Shown here piece by piece: positions 63,731-64,000 of a DNA stretch of 64,000 nucleotides. Location of the stretch: positions 1-64,000 of the forward strand of contig CAWJSR010000023.1 in the NCBI GenBank assembly GCA_963845515.1. The letters run 5' to 3'. The notes beneath the pieces were generated by a model. That model saw nothing but the letters and a program-made list of their open reading frames with translations, was not told where the DNA came from and did not search any database. A program made the position numbers and the translations under genes. The DNA comes from an uncultured delta proteobacterium. Lineage in GTDB: Bacteria; Myxococcota; Myxococcia; Myxococcales; Anaeromyxobacteraceae. Numbering within the stretch: the stretch's first letter is position 1; the number at the start of each line of letters is the position of its first letter.

Positions 63731-64000
63731 CGCCTGGACCTCGGCGCCGACGGCGACGTGCCAGAAGCGAGCCTCGAGGCCGGCCGTCGCATGCGGCACG
63801 AGGAGGGCTTCGGTCTTCAGGGCCACGGCGTCGCTGGTCTCTCGCGCGAGCACGGCATCGCCACCGAGCGCCAGGTACGGCGTGAGGACGTGCCAGAAGG
63901 TCCGGCCGACCGAGACGTCGGCGGTGACCGCGTGCATGTCCATGTCGGCGACGTAGAGCGTCTTCGTGTACGCGCCGCGCACCGAGAGCGCGACCGGCGC
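63686..64000 (-). CDS. Partial probable outer-membrane beta-barrel protein (C-terminus)
   Basis: Alternating strands, LTPYLALG, terminal QVSAVF; runs off the window. Confidence 0.55.
   Translation of the reverse strand, partial: APVALSVRGAYTKTLYVADMDMHAVTADVSVGRTFWHVLTPYLALGGDAVLARETSDAVALKTEALLVPHATAGLEARFWHVAVGAEVQASALVTFQAQVSAVF

Noticed and set aside
58386..64000. Complete tRNA-integrated prophage or ICE
   Set aside because: No integrase and no duplicated tRNA 3' end inside the window.

Overview
GC-rich bacterial DNA. From about 5.7 kb onward, gene content and order point to an Anaeromyxobacter-like Myxococcota chromosome: groES/groEL, rpoZ, uppS-cdsA-dxr-rseP-tsaB, a MYXO-CTERM protein plus beta-barrel, the bacNOP-padC bactofilin cluster, pyrE, nadB, pgsA and tRNA-Gly(GCC). 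Many genes, including essential ones, carry single-base frameshifts, probably long-read indel errors, so I rebuilt boundaries by hand. The first ~5.3 kb (FGE-type protein, cupin, aldehyde:ferredoxin oxidoreductase, gene remnants) differs in codon style and has far more indels; it may be foreign DNA or a mis-join. Best leads: (1) a coupled TetR - HipA-like kinase - DUF3037 - acetate kinase operon in which the acetate kinase has lost ATP-loop residues; (2) palindromic elements recruited into coding sequence, namely an 8-copy REP-like family and an in-frame double hairpin inside pyrE; (3) a Ser/Thr kinase fused to a dead cyclase domain, facing an intact paralogous cyclase; (4) an orphan PhnD-like binding protein coupled to a CxxCH-bearing GGDEF-EAL sensor; (5) a DTW - exonuclease-like fusion; (6) a Doc toxin with its catalytic core deleted in frame; (7) two decayed copies of one AraC locus flanking a large surface-protein gene after tRNA-Gly. 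No CRISPR array, rRNA, integrase or transposase was seen. All family calls come from motif recognition, not database searches.
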